Shown here in pieces: positions 36,570 to 45,439 of a stretch of 64,000 nt of DNA. The notes under the pieces are model-generated. The model did not search any database and had not been told where the DNA came from. It saw only the letters and a program-made list of their open reading frames with translations. A program made the translations under genes and the position numbers. Every line of letters begins with the position of its first letter. Within the stretch, counting starts at the first letter, position 1. The stretch is from an uncultured Gammaproteobacteria bacterium (GTDB taxonomy: Bacteria; Patescibacteriota; Microgenomatia; 2-02-FULL-39-11), in the NCBI GenBank assembly GCA_964544585.1, contig CAZJBV010000001.1, positions 45,330-109,329 of the forward strand, given 5' to 3'.

Positions 36570-39500
36570 TCAACTGGCATTATTTTTAAGCCATGTTTGT
36601 TTAAAGTCGTAGTATTTAGGATTTCTCTCCATGAGCCCAGCAAACAATTTTTCTACTTGCTCTTTGTGGGTTTTAATAGAAGTTAAGTATTCGACTGCAA
36701 CATCAAGGTCGTTTGCAATTAACAGATCAGTTGGATAATCAACGAGTTTTTTAAACCAACGTAAAAATTCTTGGTTGCCTTTTACCTGCGCAATTTTTAC
36801 CAATATTTTTCCATTATAGAAGAATGGCCACCAATACATGTCAGGAAGATTATCTTTAGTATAGTTATCTTTAAAATACTGATACTCCGTTTCAATACAT
36901 TTCTTCCAAAGGTCAAAACACACATCAAAATGTTCTTCAATATAATCCTCAACAAAACGATAGATATTCTCAAAAGTCCTGTGGTCGTAGGTTACTGTCA
37001 TATACTCAAGATAATAAGCGGCGAGTTTTACAGCATCTTCAAACTTCGGTGTATCTTTTACCTCATGGGGTATACGTACCATTTGCCAAGCAAAAATTTG
37101 CTTAATTTCTGGATCACCACTTTTTACCAGACTAATCAATAATTTCTTAAAGGGTCTGTCATCAAACTTTCCTAGTGGTTCCCAGTCCTTTGGCCAGTCC
37201 TTGAAAGATTGTATTCTGTATTCAGCAAAAAATATGTATAATGGTGCTGCTTCGCTTAATACATCTGCTAAATATGATTCATGTCCTCTTTGTTTGTCTT
37301 TTTTAGGATACTCATTTTTAAGAAATATTTGTAAAACTTCAAATGCCTTCTTTTGATCTATACTTCTCATGTAAGTAAACACCATCGCCAAATGTTTCAT
37401 AATGGCAGGTAATTCGTGATTAACCAAATCACGTAGCATCAAAAAAGCTAAATCCTCTATTTTCTTAGAAATTTCAACTTGCAGAAATCTCTCTTTTCTA
37501 TTATCTGGAAGCACAGTGTTACGATTTTTTACTAACTCTAAAAGGGGAATACAAGATTGTAATCGTACATAATAATTTTTATCCTTAGTTAGCTTTTCAA
37601 CTAGAGGTAGAATTGCAGGTATATGTTTTCTTCCATAAAGAGTCGCAAATTTTTGTAAAACCCACGCGCAGTAACCTCTGACAGAACCAATTGATAAGTC
37701 ATCTTCACCGCCTATAATTTTTTGATGTCTATTAAAATTACCTTCTGGATCATCAAAGTAATTCTCAAGTATAGGATCGCTATCTTTTATAAAAATATTT
37801 AGTATGTAAAGAGTCTCATCAAACAATTTTACTTCGGCCAGTTTTTCAGCAAACTGTACAATTTGCTCTCTTGAGTGTCGGTTCGTAATTCTTTCTTCAG
37901 TTTTTGATATGTCATCGCCTAGGTTTTGTAAGAACGGGTATACAAAATCTTTATAAACCCCTTGGATTACTTCTTTGTTTTCTTTTGGTAAATCGTTTAT
38001 TGAACTGCAAATTAGAATTTGTTGATTTAATGTAAGAGTTCTTGAAGAGCCCACTTCTTTTAAAATGCTTACTCCAATACCCAGGTTTTTGACTATAATC
38101 TTGGCAAGATTTTTAGCCACCTCCCATGTCTCCCAATCGTCATCCTTCTTAACAAATTCATCGCTTGTGATGTAACTTATAAAAATCTTAACACCCTCAT
38201 CAAAAGTTTCTGGATTATCTAAAAGTTTAGAGATATTACCCATTACATTAAACGAACCTATGGTTTGTCTTTTGTGATATTCGGGATTCGTTATCCAGCT
38301 TGCGATAATAGCAGCTGCTTCTTTGTGCCTTTCTGCCGCCAAATCTGAAGTTATTTGCTCAACAAAAACGTTAGCCGATAAATTATTATATTCATCAAGA
38401 CTGACTTTTATTAGCGCCCACTTTTGCTCTTTTGTATAATCACCTCTCAATTCTTGGAATATTAAGTCTGCTTTCCATGGAATACCTTTTCTCATTCTTA
38501 CGAAGTCGCTTAAAATGTCAAAGGCTTCGGAGCTATGTTTACCACCTTTATATTCTGCAAAAATAACTGGAATTGAAGCACGATTGAGGAAATCTGGCTT
38601 ATTACTAGAAACATCACTTATTTTCCTAGCTATACAATTTTTGATAATAAACTTCCAATTCTTTTCACTATTTTTGTATAGTTCTTGCAAAGCTGGTCTG
38701 ATAATGTATCTTACAAAGTGGTTGTCTAAGATCGAAAAATTACTACCTGATTGAGAAATTCCGCTACCTGCTAAATCCCATCCATCAAACTTCCATTTCA
38801 AGCGAAACCTACCATAAAAATTATTGTAATGCTTCACACAAAGCTCTTTAAACCAAATAATCCTTTCTTCCGGATTTTCTATTACATAATCTCTAAAAAT
38901 CTCGAAAATAGCGGTAGGGGTATAATGCCAGTACTCCCCATGATCTTCTATAAGATTGAAAGTTTTACTTAGGTATTCAATAATTTCTTCTTTAAGTTTT
39001 CTATCTTTTGTATCTTGATATAGTTTTGTTAATAATTTACTAATTTTCTCTCTTTCCCATTTATCGTCTCTATGTCTTGATTTTTTTTCGGTATAGAAAA
39101 AGTCACTGATACTCGGACTAAATAATTTCTTAATCACTTCAAAAACTTTGCGATTAAGCTTAGGATTTACATCTAAAATTTTTTGACACAGTCGTGCAAT
39201 ATCAGTTTTGATAAATTCTTCTCTAAAGAAGTTGTAACTTCCGTCTTCCAGCACTTTATCTGCAAAATCCAGCGAGTATTCTTGATTATCTTTTGTAGGT
39301 AAGTTGTTTTCAAATATTTGAAATAGGTGCACAGAAAATGCGCTCTTAACTGTAGCCTCCCATAGATTATCCCATTGACTTAAATTTAAGTTTTGCTTGT
39401 CTTTGAGTCTCATCAACGCGTAGTAAAATTCCGAAGGGAGATTAGAAAGTTCAGAAATCTTATTGTTAGCCCATTTTTTCTTCTCTGGATTTTCTATAGC

Positions 39501-40178
39501 TTCAATAAGCCCTTTGATGTCTTTTTCGGCAGTTTGTCTCTCTTTTTCATAACCTGCGTCTTCAAGTATTTGAGTTTTTCTTTTATCTAGTTTCTTCAAA
39601 AAAACCTCGGCTGTTAAAGTCTTCCCTGCTGCCGATCCATCGTACACTTCCTGTTTAACAAGATGATCTCTTATTTCCTCCAGTGTATGTTTTGGGACCC
39701 AAACCTGAAGAAGTTTTGCGACTAAAAGCTCTACTATTTTTTCACTCATTTCTTTTGGAACCTCCCAAATTTTTAACTGTGCCAAAAGTTCAAAATGATA
39801 ATCTTTAAAATTGTGTGGTTTTTTGGCGAGCCTCTCTCTTACTCGATCTTGAAAGTATTTATAATTTTCAATATCGTTCTTAGCAGATCTATTTACCCCT
39901 TTGCAAATAATCACTATTTCATCCTGTTTGGTTACTTGGCCGTGCTCGTGAATTTTATCGAGAATATCTCTAATATCTGCGTAGTTTAAAATTGAGTCTT
40001 TTGATTCACAAATTATTTTTCGGCCATCCTCAAAGACCAAATAAAAATCTTCAAGCTTGTCACCTTCAAAACCAATATATCTAAAATCTGAACGTTTAAC
40101 ATATTGAAGAAACAGCGACATAGCTGCCCAAGCTTGGGCATTAACTCCTTTAACGTTATATTGACCCTGCTTACTCAT
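36570..40178 (-). CDS. 1202-aa protein: N-terminal restriction-endonuclease-like (PD-(D/E)xK) domain followed by ~1000 aa of alpha-helical (HEAT/ARM-like) repeats
   Basis: N-terminal LEDFYLVFEDGRKIICESKD (D...ExK); remainder helical repeat composition (e.g. LPLVEKLTKDKNYYVRLQSCIPLLELV); start overlaps stop of upstream 209-aa gene (ATGA). Confidence 0.5.
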   Translation of the reverse strand: MSKQGQYNVKGVNAQAWAAMSLFLQYVKRSDFRYIGFEGDKLEDFYLVFEDGRKIICESKDSILNYADIRDILDKIHEHGQVTKQDEIVIICKGVNRSAKNDIENYKYFQDRVRERLAKKPHNFKDYHFELLAQLKIWEVPKEMSEKIVELLVAKLLQVWVPKHTLEEIRDHLVKQEVYDGSAAGKTLTAEVFLKKLDKRKTQILEDAGYEKERQTAEKDIKGLIEAIENPEKKKWANNKISELSNLPSEFYYALMRLKDKQNLNLSQWDNLWEATVKSAFSVHLFQIFENNLPTKDNQEYSLDFADKVLEDGSYNFFREEFIKTDIARLCQKILDVNPKLNRKVFEVIKKLFSPSISDFFYTEKKSRHRDDKWEREKISKLLTKLYQDTKDRKLKEEIIEYLSKTFNLIEDHGEYWHYTPTAIFEIFRDYVIENPEERIIWFKELCVKHYNNFYGRFRLKWKFDGWDLAGSGISQSGSNFSILDNHFVRYIIRPALQELYKNSEKNWKFIIKNCIARKISDVSSNKPDFLNRASIPVIFAEYKGGKHSSEAFDILSDFVRMRKGIPWKADLIFQELRGDYTKEQKWALIKVSLDEYNNLSANVFVEQITSDLAAERHKEAAAIIASWITNPEYHKRQTIGSFNVMGNISKLLDNPETFDEGVKIFISYITSDEFVKKDDDWETWEVAKNLAKIIVKNLGIGVSILKEVGSSRTLTLNQQILICSSINDLPKENKEVIQGVYKDFVYPFLQNLGDDISKTEERITNRHSREQIVQFAEKLAEVKLFDETLYILNIFIKDSDPILENYFDDPEGNFNRHQKIIGGEDDLSIGSVRGYCAWVLQKFATLYGRKHIPAILPLVEKLTKDKNYYVRLQSCIPLLELVKNRNTVLPDNRKERFLQVEISKKIEDLAFLMLRDLVNHELPAIMKHLAMVFTYMRSIDQKKAFEVLQIFLKNEYPKKDKQRGHESYLADVLSEAAPLYIFFAEYRIQSFKDWPKDWEPLGKFDDRPFKKLLISLVKSGDPEIKQIFAWQMVRIPHEVKDTPKFEDAVKLAAYYLEYMTVTYDHRTFENIYRFVEDYIEEHFDVCFDLWKKCIETEYQYFKDNYTKDNLPDMYWWPFFYNGKILVKIAQVKGNQEFLRWFKKLVDYPTDLLIANDLDVAVEYLTSIKTHKEQVEKLFAGLMERNPKYYDFKQTWLKNNAS

Positions 40179-40180
40179 AA

Positions 40181-40810
40181 CTAGATGACCCCACTTTCTA
40201 CCTCGGAAGATATTGGTAGTGTAATACCGTTTATATTGGTATCTTTATGTGAAATAATTTTTTGACAAAATTCTTCAAAGTTATCGCAAGAGAAAACATA
40301 AGTTTTACCGATCACCGGACTAAAGTCATGTATTAGTGTGCGCACAACTTCACTTAGTTTATTCAGATCAAAAACTCTAAAATTTCTGAATTTTTTATCT
40401 GCAAATACCTCTGAAGCAAGATAATCATTTGCATCTCTGTTAATGTTGCCGTTACAGATAAAGTAGAATTCTTCAATGTATACTTTTAATGAAAAATCTA
40501 TAGGAGAGGAGAGGGGAATATCTAAAGCTTCTTCTATGGCTCCCTTAAATGATCTAATGTCATTGTTTCCGCTTTTTGTTATATCACCAGCTTTTATAAA
40601 AACGCAACAATGTCGAGCTTTTTTGAATAAGTCTTTATAAGAAAAGTATAAATCCTTACCCTTTTCGTTCCGGCCATGCATATCAACAACTGGATGTGCA
40701 CCCATAGCTTTTAATAAAGGGATGAGTATTTTTATCCTAAGATCGTCTTCGAGAAGCTCTCCTAATAGTGTCTGAACATCTTTAACCATCTGTATTTTTT
40801 TCAACCACAT
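40181..40810 (-). CDS. Mrr-cat-like (type IV restriction endonuclease catalytic domain-like) small protein
   Basis: LLKAMGAHPVVDMHGRNEKGKD...CVFIKAG resembles Mrr catalytic core (LLEAMGY...D...QCK); translationally coupled to 1202-aa gene. Confidence 0.4.
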   Translation of the reverse strand: MWLKKIQMVKDVQTLLGELLEDDLRIKILIPLLKAMGAHPVVDMHGRNEKGKDLYFSYKDLFKKARHCCVFIKAGDITKSGNNDIRSFKGAIEEALDIPLSSPIDFSLKVYIEEFYFICNGNINRDANDYLASEVFADKKFRNFRVFDLNKLSEVVRTLIHDFSPVIGKTYVFSCDNFEEFCQKIISHKDTNINGITLPISSEVESGVI

Positions 40811-41047
40811 TGGTTTCTTCCTGCCTAAGGCCGTAGAGTTTATAAACTAACTCATCAATCTGCCGTTCGTGGCCGAGTGCTTGGTGCTTATCTTTTTCCA
40901 AGATGGTTTTCTTCCAGTCAGATGATAGTGCTTATATATAGGCTTGTCAATTGATCTAAAAAGAGGTAAAAGGATTCAGTATGAAATTCTCATGAGGTAT
41001 AATAATCAAATATAGTAAAGAGTTTAGTTTTACTAATATTTATTACA

Positions 41048-42475
41048 ATGATCGAAGCGACATTATCTCGGGGTCCACTACCTGATCAGTTCGGTCAACC
41101 AGAGCGAAGCGTTGCTTCTCCCAAAATAATATTTCTGCATGGATATACTTCATCCCCACAAAAAGATTGGTATCCAACTATTTCCAGGCAATTAACTACC
41201 ATGGGTATTGATCATGACATACCTGAATTACCAGGAGGAGAACACCCAAATCCACAAGAATGGATAGAAGCGATAGATAAAGAAGTAAAGTCTTTGGATG
41301 GTCGACCCTTTGTTCTTGTAGGTCATAGTTTAGGAGCAAGAGCTGCTCTTTTGTATCTTAAAGACAAAAAACCTGCAAATCTTGAAGGGTTATTTCTTGT
41401 ATCACCCCCAGCTAATCGAACAGAGGATTACAATGTAAAAGGTTCCCAGGGATTCGGTGATTTTTTCAAAGAAAAAATTGATATTTCTGAAATTAAGCCG
41501 TTGATAAAAAGAAAACCAGCAGTAATACACTCACCTACTGATCCAGATGTTCGAGTTGAGCAAGCAAGGGAATTAGCTGATGAATTAGGTGCCAGATTTA
41601 TTAGCATTCCCAATCGTGGCCACTTTAATGATGAATTTCATCCAGAAATGGATGCAGAGGAAATTTTAGATGTAGTTTATCATCAATTAAATAGTACACC
41701 ACTTCCTAAAGAATTTGAAGATAAAAATGTTCACTTTGGTATTTGGGGAGTAATTGGAGGTAATAATGATAGAAAATTAGACAGTTTGGAACCATTTAGG
41801 CAAAATATAGAAGCCAAAGGTATAGAAGCACTTAGAAAAATTACTGATGCTATGCCGATACATGATTTAGAGGTGGGGATTTATGATACTACTCGCCATA
41901 TTATCAGAGAAGAAGGAATGGGCGGATTTGCATGGGGTGATCATAATCGAGCTATGATTTTTTTTAATACGGAGTTGCCTGATGATGTGATAAAAAACGC
42001 AATAGAAAAATATATGGTTAGAACAGTGGCACATGAAGTGGATCATATAATGAGGATGAAAGAAGTTGGATTGCCCACCACACTTTTTAAGTCATTTATT
42101 TTAGAAGGACTCGCACAGCATTTTTCGGAAGAAATTGAGCCTGGTGATCATCCTTTGTATGCGGTTGCATTGCAGGATCCTGCACAAATCCATAATTTAC
42201 TTTTGAAGGCTCAACCAGAGTTTGATATAGACCTTACGGAGGAAGACTATAAAGAAAATGGCAGATATGATCAGTGGTTTTTTGGTAGAGGTACGACTGA
42301 AATTCCCAGATGGACTGGGTATACATTAGGGTATCAGATAGTTGGTGAATATTTAAAAGATCATCCTGGTTCTAAACCATCTACTGTTTATAATGTACCA
42401 GATGAAGACTTTCGTCCTTATATTGAAAAGGTTCTGGCAACAACAGAACAAAGTATACAGAAAAATAAAGATTAG
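41048..42475 (+). CDS. Fusion: RBBP9/YdeN-type alpha/beta serine hydrolase + HExxH zinc metallopeptidase-like domain
   Basis: N-terminus IIFLHGYTSSPQKDWYP with GHSLG nucleophile elbow; C-terminus VAHEVDHIMR (HExxH) plus downstream EGLAQHF. Confidence 0.55.
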   Translation: MIEATLSRGPLPDQFGQPERSVASPKIIFLHGYTSSPQKDWYPTISRQLTTMGIDHDIPELPGGEHPNPQEWIEAIDKEVKSLDGRPFVLVGHSLGARAALLYLKDKKPANLEGLFLVSPPANRTEDYNVKGSQGFGDFFKEKIDISEIKPLIKRKPAVIHSPTDPDVRVEQARELADELGARFISIPNRGHFNDEFHPEMDAEEILDVVYHQLNSTPLPKEFEDKNVHFGIWGVIGGNNDRKLDSLEPFRQNIEAKGIEALRKITDAMPIHDLEVGIYDTTRHIIREEGMGGFAWGDHNRAMIFFNTELPDDVIKNAIEKYMVRTVAHEVDHIMRMKEVGLPTTLFKSFILEGLAQHFSEEIEPGDHPLYAVALQDPAQIHNLLLKAQPEFDIDLTEEDYKENGRYDQWFFGRGTTEIPRWTGYTLGYQIVGEYLKDHPGSKPSTVYNVPDEDFRPYIEKVLATTEQSIQKNKD

Positions 42476-42756
42476 TTTTTAAAAAACTGAGAAAATCGCA
42501 ACTTATATAAACTCTCCAAGAAATCTGATCCGGCATAGCCAGCCAATAGAGACATTCTCCAATCTGCGTTGGCAATAAGGCCAGCCATTTGGCCTGTAAT
42601 TATAGAGACAATTATGGTAATTGCAAAATATTTCCACTGAAACTTAAATTTTTCGGGATCGAATTCTTTAGCTTTGGTGATACCGACTACTGCACGGACT
42701 AGACCTCCCATACCTCCCGCCAGAAATTGAAACGCTGTTATTTGAAAATCCATCAA
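42472..42756 (-). CDS. Small 2-TM membrane protein (holin-like, speculative)
   Basis: 94 aa with two hydrophobic helices and charged C-terminus. Confidence 0.3.
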   Translation of the reverse strand: MMDFQITAFQFLAGGMGGLVRAVVGITKAKEFDPEKFKFQWKYFAITIIVSIITGQMAGLIANADWRMSLLAGYAGSDFLESLYKLRFSQFFKN

Positions 42757-42780
42757 TAATCACCTCCTATTTATACTATT

Positions 42781-43227
42781 TTAAGAGATATTTTTACTGT
42801 AAATAATATAATCCTGATGGTCATGATGATTGAAATGTTCTCCGGTTTTTACAAACCCGAGAGATTCATAAAACTTGGATGTTCTTTTAGTTTTTGAAGT
42901 ATTGAGAAATATTTTATGGGCTTTGAGTGATTGAGCTATCTTTATAGCTTCTTTTACAAGTTCGGTTCCAATACCCTGTCTGTGCTTTTCGTGTTTCACG
43001 ATTAGGCTTTCAATTCTGACTACTCCTGCCATGAGAGATAATTCTAAAAAACCTACCATTGTCCCGTTTTCTGTTGCTTTTAGAATCTTTCTTTGCTTTG
43101 TCCAATCTATTTTGGTACCAAACTCCTCCAGGTCTGCCAGTGCCCATTCTTTCTTTTGAAATTCTTCTATCTCTTTGGTGGTTTGATTGATTTCCTGTAT
43201 GGATATCATATGTTTTGTTTTGACCAA
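42781..43227 (-). CDS. GNAT-family N-acetyltransferase
   Basis: Acetyl-CoA binding motif HRQGIGTELV and GNAT fold length (148 aa). Confidence 0.75.
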   Translation of the reverse strand: MVKTKHMISIQEINQTTKEIEEFQKKEWALADLEEFGTKIDWTKQRKILKATENGTMVGFLELSLMAGVVRIESLIVKHEKHRQGIGTELVKEAIKIAQSLKAHKIFLNTSKTKRTSKFYESLGFVKTGEHFNHHDHQDYIIYSKNIS

Positions 43228-43766
43228 ATTCCTAACTTTTTTGATTTTGCTTCTTTTTCTGCAGATAATAATTGTTGCTGATAAATAAGTGGTTTTCTTT
43301 TTTCGTATATTGTAACTTTGGCTAATCCTCTTTTTGCCAACTCAATCGCAAGATTTTTGTCACTAATAATAATGTATGCAAGAATTCTTCCGAATCTGTC
43401 TGATTTATACTCATCGTATTCAATATTTACTTTTTTTCCTTCAACGAGTCTTTTAGCAAATTCTGTAGACTCTTCATCAAAAGGTTGTCCGTGATCCGGA
43501 GTATTTACTCCGACAAGTCGGACGATTTGTCCGTTTTGTAATTCGAGAGTATCCCCATCTATGACTCTTTTGATTTTGGCTTCTTTGGGAAACTCTATGA
43601 CTTGACTGGAGTTTATAATAGGCTGGTTTTCAATCGCATCTTTAATCTCACTTTCATACTTAGTCCCTGCAAAAAATGAGGAGAATGATAAAAGCAGGGC
43701 AAGAGGAATAAGGACATATTTGTTTTTATTTGACTTTTTGTTTTGGGGTTTGGATTTTGGTTTCAT
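43206..43766 (-). CDS. Thermonuclease / staphylococcal nuclease (SNase) homolog, secreted
   Basis: N-terminal signal anchor; SNase core VIDGDTLEL...VRLVGVNTPD...RFGRILAYI. Confidence 0.75.
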   Translation of the reverse strand: MKPKSKPQNKKSNKNKYVLIPLALLLSFSSFFAGTKYESEIKDAIENQPIINSSQVIEFPKEAKIKRVIDGDTLELQNGQIVRLVGVNTPDHGQPFDEESTEFAKRLVEGKKVNIEYDEYKSDRFGRILAYIIISDKNLAIELAKRGLAKVTIYEKRKPLIYQQQLLSAEKEAKSKKLGIWSKQNI

Positions 43767-44853
43767 AAAGTGTATTTTGCCCCACCTCGAATACCCTGTT
43801 GTTTGAGTAATCCCTTCTTTTCCAGTTCAGTCAGATAGTTAGTGGCAGTGCTTTGAGATACTCGACATAATCTTTGCACATCGGTGTTGGTTATGGTTCC
43901 CGTTTCTTTGATAAAGAGCATGATTTTATCTAAGTTTTTCTGTCTTTTGTTGAGTCTTTTTGCGTTGGCTTTCTGGCGAAGAGAGGATATGCCTTCCTTC
44001 GCTGAAGCTTCGGCGGCTAAAGGAGATTGGGGTAATGGGGGAGATGGGGGAATTTGGGGAGTAACCGCAGGAGATGGCTTCGGTGGGACGATGGGTTCTA
44101 TATTTATTTTTGGTTCATCCTGCAGGGACTGGTCTAATTGGGAGGGAGAGGTGTTTCCATGCAAGATATCTCCAAACGAAGATGGCTTGGGAAGAATAGA
44201 AGGAGCAGAAGAAATAGGAGGATTTGATGAAGATGGCGGATTTTCTTTCGCTAGGATCTCGCCGAAAGAGCTTTTGGGAGAGGTGGGAGGCTTAATTTCT
44301 TCTGTTTTTTGAGAATTGCCATTGGCCAATGGAGCGTTCTGGACTGGTTTTGGTGGCTCAGTCTTGATATTGGCCAAGTCGGGAGGAACTTGAAATGTTG
44401 TATTTATAGATGCACTATCTGACGGGCCGGATTGCACTTGAGACGGTGCAATTGGAGTAGTAGTGACAGAAACGGGAGGTGTAGAAATGTCGTTAGGAGA
44501 TGAAGGAGATTGGGGTAATGGGGGAGATATGGGAGAGTCGGAATCGTCCGATGAGGACGGATTGGCCAGATTGGAGGAAGATGTAATCTCGGTGGGTTTC
44601 GGCTCAATCGATGGTGGAGCAACATGGCCAGAATCCGTAGCCGTCTGATTGGTCAAGTCTGGATGAGCCGAACTATTATTGGCCAATGGAGTTTCTACTG
44701 ATTGGCCAGATGTTGATGCTTCCTTGGGAGCCTCATTGGCCATTTTGGTGGAAATTGGCCAAGTGGGATCAGATGTATTGGCCAATTGTGAATCGGCCAG
44801 CTTATCCTGAACTTGGCCAATAATACTTCCTTGCTGGAACTGATCATCAGCCA
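43763..44853 (-). CDS. Pro/Ser-rich low-complexity protein with C-terminal winged-helix DNA-binding domain
   Basis: Likely start MADDQF (44853) rather than ORF-track start; C-terminus ITNTDVQRLCRVSQSTATNYLTELEKKGLLKQQG is wHTH-like; internal ~30-bp direct repeats encode PISPPLPQSP repeats. Confidence 0.45.
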
Positions 44854-44975
44854 TATTAAATCCAGTATACAACAAAGTAAATGGCCAAGTGATTGGCCAA
44901 CACAAAAAGCAACATGGCCATTTTGGTGGAAATTGGCCAAGTGGAAAAAATAATTGGCCAAGTAATAATCGCCAG
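44680..44975. repeat. Dense cluster of ~13 ATTGGCCAA (TGGCCA palindrome) motifs incl. a 28-bp direct repeat
   Basis: TGGCCA occurs about 13 times in ~300 bp spanning the 5' end/upstream region of the wHTH gene; ccattttggtggaaattggccaagtgg repeated at 44738 and 44917. Confidence 0.8.
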
Positions 44976-44999
44976 TGGTCACCCACCCGTGCAATGCTC

Positions 45000-45420
45000 T
45001 CATGATGACACCGATGGAATACAAAGAGGGGTCATCGCACGGGGGGTGAAGGAATTTCTCCCCCGAGTGCCACGGGCACACCGGAAGCACGGGGTAGGGG
45101 GACCCCCGTGAGTGCAAACCCAGAGGACGAAGTCCGACTGGATGCACGAACGGAGGGAGACCCCCCGTGGGAAGTGATTGGAAAATACCTCTGAGGGAAC
45201 CAGGCTCTATAGCACTACGGGCACGGCAGGGGGTACGTGCGAAAAACCTATGACCTGATATAACAGAGAAACTCTCACAGTCTCCAAAAGCGAACCCCAC
45301 TGGCGACATATATAAATGTATATTTGGGAGTACCTTGTTGTTGTCCGCGGATGGGATGGGTGCCCATAAAAAATCGCTGAGGCGATTTTTCAGGGTAAAG
45401 GCCAAGGACAACTACAAATA
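45000..45420. other. GC-rich, hairpin-dense, apparently non-coding ~400-nt region (candidate structured RNA or cis-acting DNA site) ending in a bidirectional terminator-like hairpin
   Basis: Local GC far above window average; many stable stem-loops (GTGCCACGGGCAC; CACGGGG...CCCCGTG; GTGCA...CCAG..GGACGAAGTCC..CTGG..TGCAC); overlapping ORFs have implausible Pro/Gly/Trp/His/Cys-rich composition; aaaatcgctgaggcgatttt hairpin at about 45370-45395. Confidence 0.35.
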
Positions 45421-45439
45421 ATTTCCCCTTACCTTATAA

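Noticed and set aside
37000-37030. Walker A-like GSAAGKT in the 1202-aa protein (suggesting an NTPase)
   Set aside because: Only three residues lie between the Gly and GKT (GxxxGKT), not the canonical GxxxxGK[ST], and there is no Walker B context. It is not treated as a P-loop.

Coordinates are approximate.
43884-44312. Plus-strand 142-aa ORF inside the Pro/Ser-rich gene
   Set aside because: It is an antisense reading of low-complexity repeat DNA (Gly/Trp-rich). Spurious.
44695-45411. 238-aa minus-strand ORF (and 44893..45111 plus-strand ORF) as protein-coding genes
   Set aside because: They overlap the TGGCCA repeat cluster and GC-rich hairpin block. Their composition is Pro/Gly/Trp/His/Cys-rich and repeat-driven (GQFPPKWP arises from the DNA direct repeat). 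No start context is present. They are better explained as non-coding.
45000-45420. RNase P RNA / tmRNA / group II intron identity for the GC-rich block
   Set aside because: RNase-P-like fragments (GTGAAGG, GCAAACC, GAAGTCCG) occur in the wrong order. There is no tmRNA tRNA-like 3' end and no domain V consensus. The region is left as an unassigned structured region.
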